Assembly: GCA_964016885.1 (NCBI GenBank)
Contig: OZ024756.1
Coordinates: 41,230,001 to 41,294,000, forward strand
Length of the DNA: 64,000 nt
Source of the DNA: Eledone cirrhosa
Taxonomy: Eukaryota
Direction of reading: 5' to 3'
Below, in pieces: positions 1-13,607 of the stretch. Under the pieces are notes generated by a model. It saw only the letters and a list, made by a program, of their open reading frames with translations. It had not been told where the DNA came from and did no database searches. A program made the position numbers and the translations under genes. The stretch's first letter is position 1; each line of letters starts with the position of its first letter.

Positions 1-64
1 AAAACAAAAACGACCATCAATTGCCCACCAAGTGCGATAGTCGGCCGCACATCACATCATAGGG

Positions 65-285
65 TTAACTAAACACTTTGAGGCACGCCAACACGCTCAC
101 AGTATTGGCACGGCTGATGGCGAGGCTAAGACGCTGAAACAACTAGGCACCCTCACGGGGATTACGTGACACCTCAGTATGGCGAGCCACCAGCGCTGAC
201 AAGAACTTCATTGTCAGTGGCCCAACTCCGCCTAAACGTCTCAAAAACCATAGGCTGGAAAAAATAATTACTAGATAAACCCAGG
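65..285 (-). mobile_element. CRE-clade non-LTR retrotransposon 3' ORF remnant (restriction-like endonuclease C-terminus), degenerate
   Basis: Minus-strand translation with one frameshift and one stop: GLSSNYFFQPMVFETF/GGVGPLTMKFLSALVARHTEVSRNPREGA*LFQRLSLAISRANTVSVLACLKVFS*. This fits the CRE C-terminal pattern FxPxxxETxGxxG...FL...LxQRLSxAIxRxN. The 3' UTR presumably runs off the window start. Confidence 0.75.
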
Positions 286-682
286 CTCTACCACAAACCT
301 ATCACATGAAAATATAAAACTACAAAATTACTGAGATACGTCCAAAAACTATTGGGTATGTTAAAGAGTCTAAGAATTTTCACTTTCATAACCCTGTTTG
401 TCGAAGTTTAAGTTGATTTTGGTCATTAAGAAAACATGTTTTTTATTCCAACTAATCCTTATTCCAATTATTAAAGACAACTTCTATGGTATCGCAACTA
501 TCATCTCCCCCCCCCCCCCCACACACACACACTACACCTCACCACACTCCCACCCAACCCCACCACATTCCTCACTTTTCCAACCAGATTATCACTTCAT
601 CCGCTCTAAAAATATAATCACCTTGTTGTCCTCCCACATACAACACAGCACTTCCCCCTTTCTTTCTCTCCTCATTATCTCC

Positions 683-980
683 CTTCTGTCACTCTCCCTC
701 TCTCTTCTGTCACTCTCCCTCATGTCACTCCCTCTCCCTTCTGTCACTCCCTCTCCCTTCTGTCACTCCCTCTCTCTTCTGTCACTCCCTCTCTCTTCTG
801 TCACTCTCCCTCTCTCTTCTGTCACTCCCTCTCCCTTCTGTCACTCCCTCTCTCTTCTGTCACTCCCTCTCTCTTCTGTCACTCCCTCTCTCTTCTGTCA
901 CTCCCTCTCCCTTCTGTCACTCCCTCTCTCTTCTGTCACTCCCTCTCTCTTCTGTCACTCTCTCTCTCTTCTGTCACTCT
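683..980. repeat. ~19-bp pyrimidine-rich minisatellite (CTCTCTTCTGTCACTCCCT)n
   Basis: Directly visible tandem units; explains ORF 398..1009. Confidence 0.9.
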
Positions 981-1027
981 CTTGTCTTTTTCTGTGTTTC
1001 CCTCAATAACCTGTTGACTATTCACCA

Positions 1028-1036
1028 GAGAGAGAT

Positions 1037-1077
<41 letters not shown>

Positions 1078-1335
1078 GAGAGAGAGACAGGCAGACAGAG
1101 AGACAGACAGTCAGACAGATATATAGATAGAGGCAGACAAACAGACAGAGACAGATAGAGAGAGATAGATGATAGATAGAGAGACGGAGAGAGAGAAAAG
1201 AGAGGAGGGATAGATGACTAGATAGGATATTTGAGTGTGAGAAAGAGAGAGACAGACAGACTGAGCAGTAGGGAGAGAGAGAGAGAGAGAGAGAGAGATA
1301 AATAGACAGAGCAGTAGAGAGAGAGAGAGAGGGGA
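1028..1335. repeat. Compound (AG)/(AGAC)/(AGAT) microsatellite
   Basis: Directly visible. Confidence 0.9.
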
Positions 1336-1629
1336 GTGGATGGTAGAAGGGGGAGGGAGAACGAAAGTGAAAGCAACACGCTGATAAGAATGGAAACCTA
1401 CAAAATTATATCAGTGAAAAATATATATACACACACACATACACACATACACACATACATACATATATACATATATATATATACACTCACGTACATATAC
1501 ATATATATATCATCATCATCATCATCATCATTGTTTAACGTCTATCTTCTACGCTAGCATGGGTTTAGACGGGATATATATATATATACATTCACACACA
1601 CACATATATATGTAAGTGTGTGTGTGTGT

Positions 1630-1745
1630 TAAATCATTACTCAACAGAGTACTCGATACTTGGGGTAGTAGAGTATAGCTATATTATAAAGAGTTAGGAC
1701 CCGACAGGTGAGCTCTTGCTGTTTCAACAGCTCTTTATAATAAAA
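1630..1745 (-). mobile_element. Short fold-back element remnant related to 18346-18568
   Basis: Inverted repeat TATTATAAAGAG (1682-1693) / CTCTTTATAATA (1731-1742). The minus strand reads ACTCTACTACCCCAAGTATCGAGTACTCTG, nearly identical to the tails near 18497 and 20775. Confidence 0.6.
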
Positions 1746-1807
1746 ATATATGTATGTATATATAGTTATAGGAATAACCAAAGAGTGCTTAGAAATACAT
1801 AGTTTTA

Positions 1808-1858
1808 TTAGCTAACAGTGTTTCATCCATACACCATGGCAGGAATCTTCAGAGTCTA
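1808..1858 (-). ncRNA. Degenerate type I hammerhead ribozyme motif in a probable Penelope-like terminal-repeat fragment (~1770-2075)
   Basis: Minus strand: TAGACT-CTGAAGA-TTCCTGCCATGGTGTATGGAT-GAAAC-ACT-GTT-AGCTA, overlapping AATAAA. Core boxes are intact; stems I and II are imperfect. Confidence 0.5.
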
Positions 1859-2312
1859 TAAACATGAGTATATCAGTAGTTGCATGCTCCATCAAGCTGC
1901 GTCACCAGAACAACTTTAAATGACCAGCAGGGGGTCCCGAGGCTAGCGCTATATAGAAAAAGACATAATACATGATGCACATAATGTCATAAAATGTCTT
2001 AAAAATTTAAAAATTAAAAATTAAAAATTACACCAAAAATGTATCACTTAGATGGTGCAATAGATGGTAAAGATTGTATATATATATATATATAGAAATG
2101 GAAGTACAGCATAATCGAAGCTCTGGCAGCAGCTAAGCTAACGAATGCAATCGGAATGTGCAGCTAAGCACTCAATAAGGTATTTTACCTTAGAGTAATA
2201 ACATTACATTTAGACAGCTTTGCAAATTGAAGATTGCGACTGGTAAGCCAGCCGCAGGGACCAAGGCAATGAGAAAACTGACTCAGGAATATATATATAT
2301 ATATATATATAT

Positions 2313-2560
2313 CATCATCATCATCATCATCATTGTTTAATGTCCATCTTCCACGCTAGCATGGGTTTGGACGGGAATTTTCCCACTTGAGGCAAGAGTG
2401 GTTGTCTTGCTCGTATAGGACTGTCTGGCAGGTTTTCTACAGCTGGATGCTCTTCCTAACACCAACCACGTTTACAGTGTGGACTGGGAGGTTTTTACTG
2501 TGTTACCTACACGGCCACATTACAGCGTGGACTGTGTGTTTTTGTCATGACACCTACACA
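2313..2560 (-). mobile_element. SINE with RTE-like 3' end and (GAT)n tail
   Basis: Reverse complement of the copies at 31790-32010 and 44519-44737. Tail-only pieces occur at ~1511-1575, 17360-17410, 19772-19800, 19868-19920, 49220-49305, 54318-54420 and 63899-64000. Confidence 0.8.
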
Positions 2561-2654
2561 ACCTCATTTATTTAGGACTGGTTGTTGTGGTACCAACATA
2601 ACTTTACATCGGAAGGGGGTGGTGTGGATGGAGTGGGGGTAGTGGGACGGGGGT

Positions 2655-2752
<98 letters not shown>

Positions 2753-2829
2753 ATGAATACGTATTTCGATGGCATCTGTTATGTAATAATTCAGTATTTT
2801 GTGTAGGGGTTCTCTCTAGAATTACCCTA

Positions 2830-3050
2830 AAGAGCAACCCCATATTTGAGCTATTTCTATCTCTAGATCTTTATATTTGGATAATTTCTCCATATCCTTG
2901 GTAGATATATACGTCTGTGTGGCTTGATATATCAACTAGAAGACTTTTTCTCTGTTTGTGGTCTTTGAGTGTAATATCTTGTCAGTTGGCATTGATGTCC
3001 CTGTCTCTGTATATTGACATATCCCAGAGTAAAGAAACTTTGTCAGGTTC
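2830..3050 (-). mobile_element. R4/Dong-clade non-LTR retrotransposon remnant (restriction-like endonuclease domain)
   Basis: Minus strand: EPDKVSLLWDMSIYRDRDINAN*QDITLKDHKQRKSLLVDISSHTD/ISTKDMEKLSKYKDLEIEIAQIWG. This matches the R4/Dong pattern LLWD..I.TD..I.ANRPDI...D......ID......EKxxKYxDLxxEI..W, with one stop and one frameshift. Confidence 0.8.
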
Positions 3051-3104
3051 TGGCACATTCTCTGCTCTGTCTTTCTATCACTTCTATTCTCTTGGTATTT
3101 CACA

Positions 3105-3280
3105 TTATTATCATTATTATTATTATTATTATTATGACTATAACAACAATAATGATGATGATGATGATGATGGCGATGGTGGTGGTGGTGGTGATGATGA
3201 TGATGATGATGATGGTGATAATGATGGTGAGGATGATGATGGTGATGATGGTGATGATGGTGGTGATGGTGATGATGGTG
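3105..3280. repeat. (TAT)n/(GAT)n/(GGT)n trinucleotide array
   Basis: Directly visible. Confidence 0.9.
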
Positions 3281-4001
3281 AAATCTAAAACAAGAGACAG
3301 GATGATGAATAATGTAAAATTGTAAAGAAAGAAAGAAAAACCAACTAAACTAAAGCTTCCAACAAGACCTTGGAAGATTGAATTAATTCATGAATGAATT
3401 CGCTTCTTCTTCTTCTTCTTCTTCTTCCTTTTTTTCTTTGTTACTGTTTTAGCATCAGACAACTTAAAAATACTATTTGAACATTTTTCTTTCTTAAAAA
3501 TGGAAAGAAACTGTTAAACAAAAGAAGAAAAAAAAAGGAACTAAAACAGCAACAGCAACATCAACATCAACAACATCAACAACAGCAGCAGCAGCAGCAA
3601 CAACAACAACAACAACAACAACAACATCAACAATAACAACAACAACATCAACAACAACAGCAGCAACAACAACCAAGAAGTACAGAATTACGTAGTTACC
3701 AGCTTCCTTAGTGTGTTTGTTCCTGATAGTTTTTATATAAATAGACCAATGTTAATAGCTTGGAGCAAAATGAGTGATTGGCTAAAAGATATAGTTTATT
3801 TTGGGGAAGGACGTTGTCTTATAATGGTTGGTAAACAGGAATTTGTGACATTCATACATTTCCACCATCACCCCTGCCCTCACCTACCTCACTAGGAAAG
3901 AAAGGACCATCTCTTTGGTCTTGATTGGTCAATATGTTTTACACTTATGATTGACTGACCACAGGTGTAGAAGATATAATTTATTTTGAGGCTAGACGCC
4001 T

Positions 4002-4002
<1 letters not shown>

Positions 4003-4048
<46 letters not shown>

Positions 4049-4131
4049 AATTATTGTGTACAGTGCTCAGGTGCACTACAACTCATCAAAGGTGCATGTA
4101 TAGTACATAGAATAATGTACAAATGTCAGGA
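4003..4131 (-). mobile_element. Severely 5'-truncated CR1-type LINE (3' UTR plus (ATT)n tail)
   Basis: Reverse complement of ~19645-19760 (GATGAGTTGTAGTGCACCTGAGCACTGTACACAAT plus the ATT tail). Confidence 0.8.
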
Positions 4132-4335
4132 ATATAATAATTGTTTCTACTTTAGGCACAATTTGAAGGGGGAGGGGAAAGTCGATTAAATTGACCCCAG
4201 TGCGTGACTGGGACTTTATTTTATCGACCCCGTAAGGATGAAAGGCAAAGCTAACCTCAGTGGGATTTGAACTTGGAATATAAAGGGCCGTAACTCTATG
4301 TTGTGAAGCATGGTGCCTGATGTTCTACCAATAAT
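4132..4335 (-). mobile_element. tRNA-derived SINE with a Meta/MESC-like central domain
   Basis: Family consensus in this window is B-box GAGTTCAAATCC, then GAGGTTAACTTTGCCTTTCATCC..GGGGTCGATAAAATAAAGTACCAG. Further minus-strand copies at ~4640-4798, 8470-8605, 15140-15325, 21390-21500, 48500-48610 and 58090-58195. The family name is from memory. Confidence 0.75.
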
Positions 4336-4557
4336 GGTTGGTAAACAGGAATTTGTGACATTCCCTCATCATCAGAAAGGGGTCAAAACTCTATCCTGGA
4401 TTTACCAACATTAAGGATAATGTGGTTGTATATGCACTATAGGTAAGGTAATGGCCCTTAACTATTGATAGAGTCTTAGGGACACCATCCTAATGCACGC
4501 ACAGAATGTCTTGGGCACTTCAAACCTGGTGAAGTACAGTTTTCTTCCAGAGAGAGG

Positions 4558-4593
<36 letters not shown>

Positions 4594-5235
4594 GAGAGAG
4601 AGAGAGGGAGAGAGAGAGAGAGAGAACAAAAGAATATCTACCCCAGTACATGACTGGTACTTTATCTATCATCAACCTTGAAAATATAAAAAGCAAAGTT
4701 GACTTTGGCAGGTTTTGAACTGAGAGTTCAGTTAACCACAACAAGCAGCAACACATCTTTAATCCAACACCTTAACAACTCTACCAATTTGCTGCCCTTG
4801 TTTGCTATCTCTGGAGAGGGAGAAAAGAGTAAAGGGCCACAACCAGGAATACCTTTGATGATCTGGAGATAACTGCAACATCTATGTTACTGACAAAACA
4901 CATAACAAACCTGTATTTAATTGAACCAATTTTCTCTTAGAAATGTTTCACTGTCGTTCTCTTTTATTTTAAATGATTTCTACCTTCTTCTAGTCGTGAT
5001 ATTCTCTCCATATTTCAAGAACAGTAACAATACTTTATTTATTCAACGAGTTGCTAAACCTTGGGGATATGTTTATATACAGAACATTAAACAAAAGGCA
5101 AGGATGGAAATAATTGATGTCTGCTATATTCTTGGTACGGTACATTAACGAAGTTACAGCTTTCAACATTGGGACTCTGCTAATAATAGTTACAATGTAG
5201 TCTACAGCCAACTGTTGGGTCATGGGTAGTATAGT

Positions 5236-6655
5236 AATATATATAGAGAGGGGGTTATAATATATATAGAGAGGGGGTTATAATATATAGAGTGAGGGTT
5301 ATAATATATATAGTGAGGGGGTTATAATATATATAGAGGGGGTTATAATATATATAGTGAGGGGGTTATAATATATATAGAGAGGGTGATAATATATATA
5401 GAGAGGGTTATAATATATATAGAGAGGGTTATAATATATATAGAGAGGGTTATAATATATAGAGAGAGGGTTATAATATATAGAGAGAGGGTTATAATAT
5501 ATATAGTGAGGGGGTTATAATATATATAGAGAGGGTGATAATATATATAGAGAGGGGGTTATAATATATATAGAGAGGGTGATAATATATATAGAGAAGG
5601 TTATAATATATATAGAGAGGGTTATAATATATATAGTGAGGGGGGTTATAATATATAGAGTGAGGGTTATAATATATATAGAGAGGGGGTTATAATATAT
5701 AGAGTGAGGGTTATAATATATATAGAGAGGGGGGTTATAATATATAGAGTGAGGGTTATAATATATATAGAGAGGGTGATAATATATATAGAGAGGGGGT
5801 TATAATATATATAGAGAGGGTGATAATATATATAGAGAGGGTTATAATATATATAGAGAGGGTTATAATATATATAGTGAGGGGGGTTATAATATATAGA
5901 GTGAGGGTTATAATATATATAGAGAGGGTGATAATATATATAGAGAGGGGGTTATAATATATATAGAGAGGGTGATAATATATATAGAGAGGGTTATAAT
6001 ATATATAGAGAGGGTTATAATATATAGAGAGAGGGGGTTATAATATATACAGAGAGGGGGTTATAATATATACAGAGAGGGGGTTATAATATATAGAGAG
6101 AGGGGGTTATAATATATAGAGAGAGGGTTATAATATATAGAGAAGGGGTTATAATATATAGAGAGGGGGTTATAATATATAGAGAAGGGGTTATAATATA
6201 TAGAGAGCGGGTTATAATATATAGAGAAGGGGTTATAATATAGAGAGAGGGGGTTATAATATATAGAGAAGGGGTTATAATATAGAGAGAGGGGGTTATA
6301 ATATATAGAGAAGGGGTTATAATATATAGAGAGGGGGTTATAATATAGAGAGAGGGGGTTATAATATATAGAGAAGGGGTTATAATATATAGAGAGGGGG
6401 TTATAATATATAGAGAAGGGGTTATAATATATAGAGAGGGGGTTATAATATATAGAGAGGGGGTTATAATATATAGAGAGGGGGTTATAATATATAGAGA
6501 AGGGGTTATAATATATAGAGAGGGGGTTATAATATAGAGAGAGGGGGTTATAATATATAGAGAAGGGGTTATAATATAGAGAGAGGGGGTTATAATATAT
6601 AGAGAAGGGGTTATAATATATAGAGAGGGGGTTATAATATATAGAAAGAGGGGGT
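5236..6655. repeat. 21-24 bp minisatellite (GAGAGGGGGTTATAATATATA)n
   Basis: About 1.4 kb tandem array; explains ORFs 6061..6732 and 6084..6668. Confidence 0.95.
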
Positions 6656-7804
6656 TGTTGGTTATCACAGAACTGTTGGCTATTTATGAAGGTACTCAGA
6701 AAATCCATGTATCTCGAGAACCTGTACTCCAATTTGCACGAAACTTGTTTTATTCCTTTTCTATTCCCATTTCAGGGGCAACCTCCTTTCAAAGTATTTC
6801 CCCATTATGCGCCATTTTGGCTGTATTAAATTACAGACAAGCACACAATCACAGAGTTTTAGTAGTAGATAGATAGAGAGATAGATAGATAGATAGAGAG
6901 ATAGATAGAGAGATAGAGAGATAGATAGATAGAGAGATAGATAGATAGAGAGATAGAGAGATAGATAGATAGAGAGATAGACTGGATGGTAATGACTGAG
7001 ATGCCTTTGATCATAGGTTTGTTTGGTTAGAATTTACTTGGGGCTAAACACCACCACTACCAACAACAACAACAACAACAACATCACAACACCACCACCA
7101 CCAATAACAACACCATCACAACACCACAACACCAACAACAACATCATCACAACACCACAACACCACCACAACACCAGCACCACTACAACACCAACACCAC
7201 CAACACCACCACCACCAACAACAACATGTGGGGCTAAATATATATATGTATATATGTATGTATGTATTATACTGTATATGTATGTATAATATATGTCTAT
7301 ATGTATATATGTATGTATGTATTATACAGTATATATATATATGTATAATATAGGTATATATATATATATGTATTATACTATATATATATATGTATAATAT
7401 ATGTATATATGTATGTATATATACACAATAGATATACATGTATGTTCATCATTCTACATCTGTGAAAATGTTATAAATACATAAGACAACTGGACATTGC
7501 CAGATTCAAAAGTTTTTTGATGTTTTAAAAATATACATTTATGAGAAATAAATTTAGTTATTCAAGTCTGGGCCATTGAAACAGTTTCTTTCTAAATAAC
7601 ATTTTCTACTGGAAAGAAGAACAAAACATTCTAAATCTAGATTTTTTCTTATCTTAATTTCTTTTCTTGCTTTTATCATTGAAAGATAAAAATAAGGAAA
7701 TGGAAGATAACGGAAAATATATTTTGAAACATATGGAGCAAAAAACAAACAGGAAATAAAAAAAATAATGTAAATTAAAAAAACACGGCTACCTGGTTAG
7801 AATA

Positions 7805-8204
7805 TTTACCCCTTTAGCTTTTAAACTGGCCATATCTGGCCAGAATTCTCTCACCTCTTTCTGTTCAAACTGGCTGTAACTGGCCACTCATACTGACAAT
7901 AACCCTTGATATGACATTCTTTAACCCTTTGGCATTTAAACCGGCTGTAACCAGCCACTCATATTGATGTTAACCCTTTTGCACTTAAACTGGCTATATC
8001 CGGTCAGAATTCTCTCACCTCTTTCTGATCAAACCGGCCATAACCGGCCACTCATACTAATGTTAAGGTATTGTTCTCAAAATAAAAAATAACATCATCA
8101 AAATTTCATAGATTCGATATTATATGAGATAATTAGGTGAGGTAAAGCCTTTACCATGAAAATACAATAGTATATATAAAGTAATGTAAATAGTAAAGGG
8201 TTAA
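7805..8204 (+). mobile_element. piggyBac-type MITE cluster; complete unit ~7925-8200
   Basis: TTAA|CCCTTT at 7921 and AAAGGG|TTAA at 8195-8204, with extra left ends near 7808 and 7970. The internal sequence matches 46514-47818 and 50981-51175. Confidence 0.7.
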
Positions 8205-8965
8205 GGAAAAATCGTAGTAGGACAGATTTTATGAGCAAAACGAACCAAGAGGAGACCCAGAGGTAGACAATGAGTAAGATGGTTGGATAACATCCATGAG
8301 CTTGGTTGGTTTCGTTTTGTTTGGGGATGATCTAACTGGATCGATTAGAGATGGTTGCTTCTGATAGGGTCTGTTGTGTCTGGGGTCTCTGGCCCCTACA
8401 ACCCTCTCAGGAATATGTGGGTGAAGAAGAAGGTAAAGAGGGAATGAGAAAGATTTAATGAGAAAAAGAATCAACCCCAGTATTTAACTGGTACTTTATT
8501 TTATCGACCCCAGGGTGATGACAGGCACAGTTGACCTCAGAGTGTAAAAAGCCAGAATAAATACAATGACATTTTGTCTGATACTCTACTGATTCTGCTA
8601 ATCCATTGTAGAGCTAACCTAGGGTGCTAAATACCCAGGTGCACATTGTAGAGTTGGCCTTGTGCTTCGAATACCCCCAAAACCGGTTTTGTCTACCCAG
8701 CCTCTGTGTGTCTTATGGCCTTTCTGAAAACAAAATTAAAACTCGACATTCAGTGAAAAGATTTATTAGTTTTAGAGATCTAAGTAAATAAGAGGATTAA
8801 TTAAAATAAATATATATATACAAACACACATAAGCAGGGAATAGAGGACATAAAATGATGATGATGATGATGATGATCATGAGGATATATATATATATAT
8901 GATTTCGGGTTATATTTGGTAAGCATTTATGAGGGTGTATTTTCCCTGATTTGTGGTGTCTCCAG

Positions 8966-9012
<47 letters not shown>

Positions 9013-9288
9013 GTAGTTATAAACAACATAAGGCAATTATTTCATTTACCAGTGGTTTCTTAAAAGCAAACAAATTTTGCTTTCAATCATCAGAATGAAA
9101 AAATCCTGGTGTATTTATTGACATTGGATTTTAAAAACAAAAATATAATCTATATGAAAGTGAGGCTGGAAAAGGAAGAAGGAAAGGAAAAATAAACACA
9201 CATGCACATGCACACACACACACATGCAATTACATACACACACATATACACATACACATATATATATATGTATATATATATATCTAAA

Positions 9289-9557
9289 AGTCTAAAGTCT
9301 GTCTTAAGCCAGAAGGCTCATTTGGCCGGTGCTTATCCTGGTTTCATGGCGTGAAGCGACTGAGAGTACAAGACTCCCCCCCCCCCCCCTGGACAGGACG
9401 CCAGTCCATCGCAGGGTTAAACCACCAGCTATTACTGGTACTCATTTTCAGCTGAGTATACTGGAGCAACGTGAAATGAAGTGTTTTGCCCAAGAACACA
9501 ACACGCACAACATTATGATCGTAAGTCCAACACTCTTACCACTAGGACACGTGCCTC

Positions 9558-9560
<3 letters not shown>
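9289..9560 (-). mobile_element. tRNA-derived CORE-like SINE
   Basis: Minus strand: GGAGGCACGTGTCCTAGTGGTAAG (A-box), then TGTGTTCTTGGGCAAAACACTT..CAGCTGAAAATGAGTACC (CORE-like), then AACCCTGCGATGGACTGGCG, then a (GACTTT) tail. Homologous to 45708-45975. Confidence 0.75.
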
Positions 9561-9607
<47 letters not shown>

Positions 9608-11519
9608 GAGGCACGTGGCCTAGTATATATATATATATATACATATAATAGGGTGAGAGAGAGAGTGTGTTTTTTAGTTTGTTTCTAACTTATTTTTTCT
9701 TTCCTACGTTGTTGAAGAAGTGGTTAGCTTTGTGTGGCATTTAGAACTATTTGCCAGACATATTCGACAGTGTTACAAATGTTTTGGCATCAAACTGTCA
9801 AACATTGTCTTCTAGAAGCTGCTGTCTGTATTATTTCATTATTTCATCCTAGGGGTTTCTTTCTTTTTCCTCTCTCTTCTTTCTTTAATTTATTTCTGCA
9901 AGAGCGGGAGGCATGTTTTGAACATAATGCTGTTTTTTGCTGTTTTTTGCTGTTTTTGTGTGATTTTTTGGGGGGAGGTCTGTTTTATTTTAGTTCAGAT
10001 GAAGTGTTTCAAGTATTTCCGTGTGTGGAGTGAATGAGAGGATAAAGAAGAAGATGAGAAGGAGATGAAGAGAAGGAGGAAAAAAACAAAGGAATAGTGT
10101 GAAGATATGGTAACTTCACACTTTCTGTATGTATGTATGTGTGTATGTATGTGTGTATGTATGTATGTATGTGTGTATGTATGTGTGTATGTATGTAATG
10201 TATGTATGAATGTGTGTATGAATCTGTGTGTATGTGTGTATGTATGTATGTATGTGTGTGTGTATGTATGTATGTATGTGTGTATGTGTGTGTTTATGTT
10301 TGTAAAAAAAAAATGGCAACCCCACCAAGGTTGAGGGAGGGTTAATTTGGACACCCTGCAGGACGAAAAACAAAACTCGTCAAAGGGTGGAAGAACTCAG
10401 GGGAGTCAACAGTCGTCCAATGAAGTATTTTTTTGTGGATCGAGAGACCCCTAATCTTCATTAAGATATCTCTCTAGGAGACTATCACTCTTATATAAAA
10501 CCTACGACATCTTGCATCTAATGATGTAGACCAGTTCTTCTTTTGGGGTAAATCATTCGATATTCAGAGAGTGGGATTGACTCCATGCAAAATACCGATG
10601 CCTTAGTGATTCTGCCAGTCCACTGGGGGCTAAATACTGATGTTTTACCAACTCTACCAGTCCACAACTCTGACCTGACCTAGGGCTAAACAACAATAGC
10701 AGCCGTCATTGAGTTGCTGATTGGTGAGATTATGTGAAGACAATGGTTTGTGAAAAGCTTCAAGATAGATTAACCTGGAGGTCTTTAATAGACAAATGAG
10801 TTGGTGATATCGGCTGATATAAAATTGACCTTCTAAGCAATTACATCATTCCTTCATTAGTTCCTTCATTAATTAGAGTGCTTCCAAATAAAGGAAGGAA
10901 GAAAATATAAAACAACAACAGACATCATTTATTTGTTGTTTCAATTTCCTGATTATTTTGTTCTTCCTCTGTTTTTATGGTCATATCAAGGGAAAGACAT
11001 TTTGTTTATACAACTCTTAACAGCTCTTACATTTTGTGCTTCTGGAGTTCGACTTATCCCCCACTCTAGACCAGGATCTGTGTGTGGGGAGCTGGTTTAG
11101 TCACCAACAGTTCAACCAGGAACCAGACTATACCCAAAAAGAAGAACTGGTCTACATAATTAGATGCAAACAAAGTTGCAGGTTTTATATCAGAATGACC
11201 TTCTCCTGGAGAGATGTTTTAATGAAGACCAGGAGCCAGACTATATTCGATTACATGGTACCAATAGCAGGCAAAAGCCTGACCTGACCAGTTTTAAAAT
11301 GGCCAAAATATCATAATGGTATCACCTATAACTCTGTTACAAGTTACAAATCCATAAGATCATAGGAATGACATCTTGATGACATATCTACTGAAGCAAC
11401 ACTACAGACAAAACAGGACAAGAACCTACAACTTCACACCTGTGTTGCTGTGTATGACTGAAGACAACAGGTTTCTTTCAGAGAAGAGAGAGGAAGTAAG
11501 GAAGAGATGTAGAGGAAGA

Positions 11520-12060
11520 ATCGACCCAAGTACTGGACTGGTACTTATTATTATTATTATTATCAACCTTGAAATAATGGTTTCTGATTTAGGAGAAGGC
11601 CAACAATTTTGAGGAGAGGAGAAAGTCAATTAAATCGACCCCAGTACATTACTGGTGCTTTATTTTAATAATTGTTTCTACTTTTGGCACAAGGCCAGCA
11701 ATTACCCAGTGCATTACTGGTACTTTATTTTATCGACCCCGTAAAGATGAAAGGCAAAGTTAACCTCGGCGGGATTTGAACTCAGAATGTAAAGGGCCAT
11801 AACTCTATGCCGCAAAGCATATAATCCGACGCTCTGCTGATTACTGCCAATCCAATGCCCTATTAACTTTGAAATAATTGTTTCTACTTTTGGCACAAGG
11901 CCAGCAATTACTCCAGTGTATTACTGGTACTTTATTTTATCGACTCTGAAAGGATGAAAGGCAACGTTAACCTTGGCGGGGTTTGAACTCAGATCATAAA
12001 GGGCCGTAACTCTTTGCTACAAAGCATGGCATCCGACCCTCTGCCGATACTGCCAATCCT
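11520..12060 (-). mobile_element. Head-to-tail cluster of Meta-like SINE copies
   Basis: Two near-complete copies (~11665-11855 and ~11875-12060) plus partial 3' pieces of the family at 44313-44505. Confidence 0.75.
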
Positions 12061-12199
12061 TGAAATAATGAAGCGCCAAGGAAACCTCAGGGAGATTTGA
12101 ACTCAAGGAGCAAAGAAGCGGAAGGAATACCACAAATCATTCTATCTGACACTCTAACGAATCTGACAATTCACCACCTCAAATGTATTTATAGAAAAT

Positions 12200-12542
12200 C
12201 TAGTATAACTAGTATTATTAGTATTACTAGTATTTATAGCAAGACTAGTATTACTAGCATTACTAGTATTAGTAGTATTAATAATATTACTAGTATTACT
12301 AGTATTAATAATATTACTATTATTAATAGTATTACTAGTATTACTAGTATTGGTAGTATTACTAGTAATACTAGTATTAGTAGTATTACTAGTATTACTA
12401 GTATTAGTAGTATTACTAGTATTTATAGCTAACTAGTATTAATACTATTAATAGTATTACTAGTATTACTAGTATTGGTAGTATTACTAGTAATACTAGT
12501 ATTACTAGTATTGGTAGTATTACTAGTAATACTAGTATTACT
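12200..12542. repeat. (AGTATT/ACT)n low-complexity array
   Basis: Directly visible. Confidence 0.9.
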
Positions 12543-12710
12543 AGGATATCAGATTGTCAGATGTTCACTCTCTCCCGAACCTCAACAGTTGGAACTGTTA
12601 TAGAAATATATATAAAACTCCTTTGGCTTCCAACCACTTCTCCAAGATTATTGGATTACTTACTTAATATTACGCTTATTGGATTCCAAAATATTCTGGT
12701 ATATTGTGTA

Positions 12711-12741
<31 letters not shown>

Positions 12742-12799
12742 GTATGAAAATATATATATATATATATTATATATATATATATATGTGTGTATATATAAG

Positions 12800-12831
<32 letters not shown>

Positions 12832-12968
12832 TATATGTAAATATATATATATATATATGTATATATATGTGTATATATATATATATATCTACATCTAGGG
12901 CGGGTCAAATTCCCACGATAAATATATATATTATATTATATTATATATATATATACACATATATATAT

Positions 12969-13039
<71 letters not shown>

Positions 13040-13546
13040 TATATATATATTTGATTTGTCATACATACCACTGAAGTGATTTGTGATTGTTGAAAATAAT
13101 TATTGATTCCTCTTATATTCCAATCGTCCATTCATATCTGATGTCGCTTTAGTGGCTAAACTCCCCCACAATAAACTTTCTTTTCACGTCCATTAAATAA
13201 AAAAAACCTCCGCAAAAAACAATTAAAAAGAATGTCTTGCTACCGAAAGAGATAAAGAATTGACAGCTATTATTGAAAGTCTACATTTACAGAAATACGT
13301 TTTATTGGGAAATAGGTTTTAACCTATTAACTACAAATAAGTAGTTTCGTTTATTGTCAGCCATAATGTCCAGGATAAAGAATGATAAAATTGCTCTCAT
13401 GATAGGAGAGCTACGTTGATTTTTTCATTGGGATTAAAGGTGTAAAAGCTGACACTTACTGGATTTTGTAATCATTTGTAAGGGTAATATCTGTTATGTC
13501 TGGTGTTTCTATGGCTTAGAGTTTGGGATCATTTGTAAGGGTAATA

Positions 13547-13607
<61 letters not shown>

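Noticed and set aside
8229-8723. Two further minus-strand exon candidates (8723-8619 and ~8396-8229)
   Set aside because: The first frame ends in a stop at the apparent donor, the phases do not join cleanly, and part of the region is a short direct repeat.
11036-11287. 83-aa ORF in unique sequence
   Set aside because: No recognisable motif, no ATG start and no convincing splice signals.
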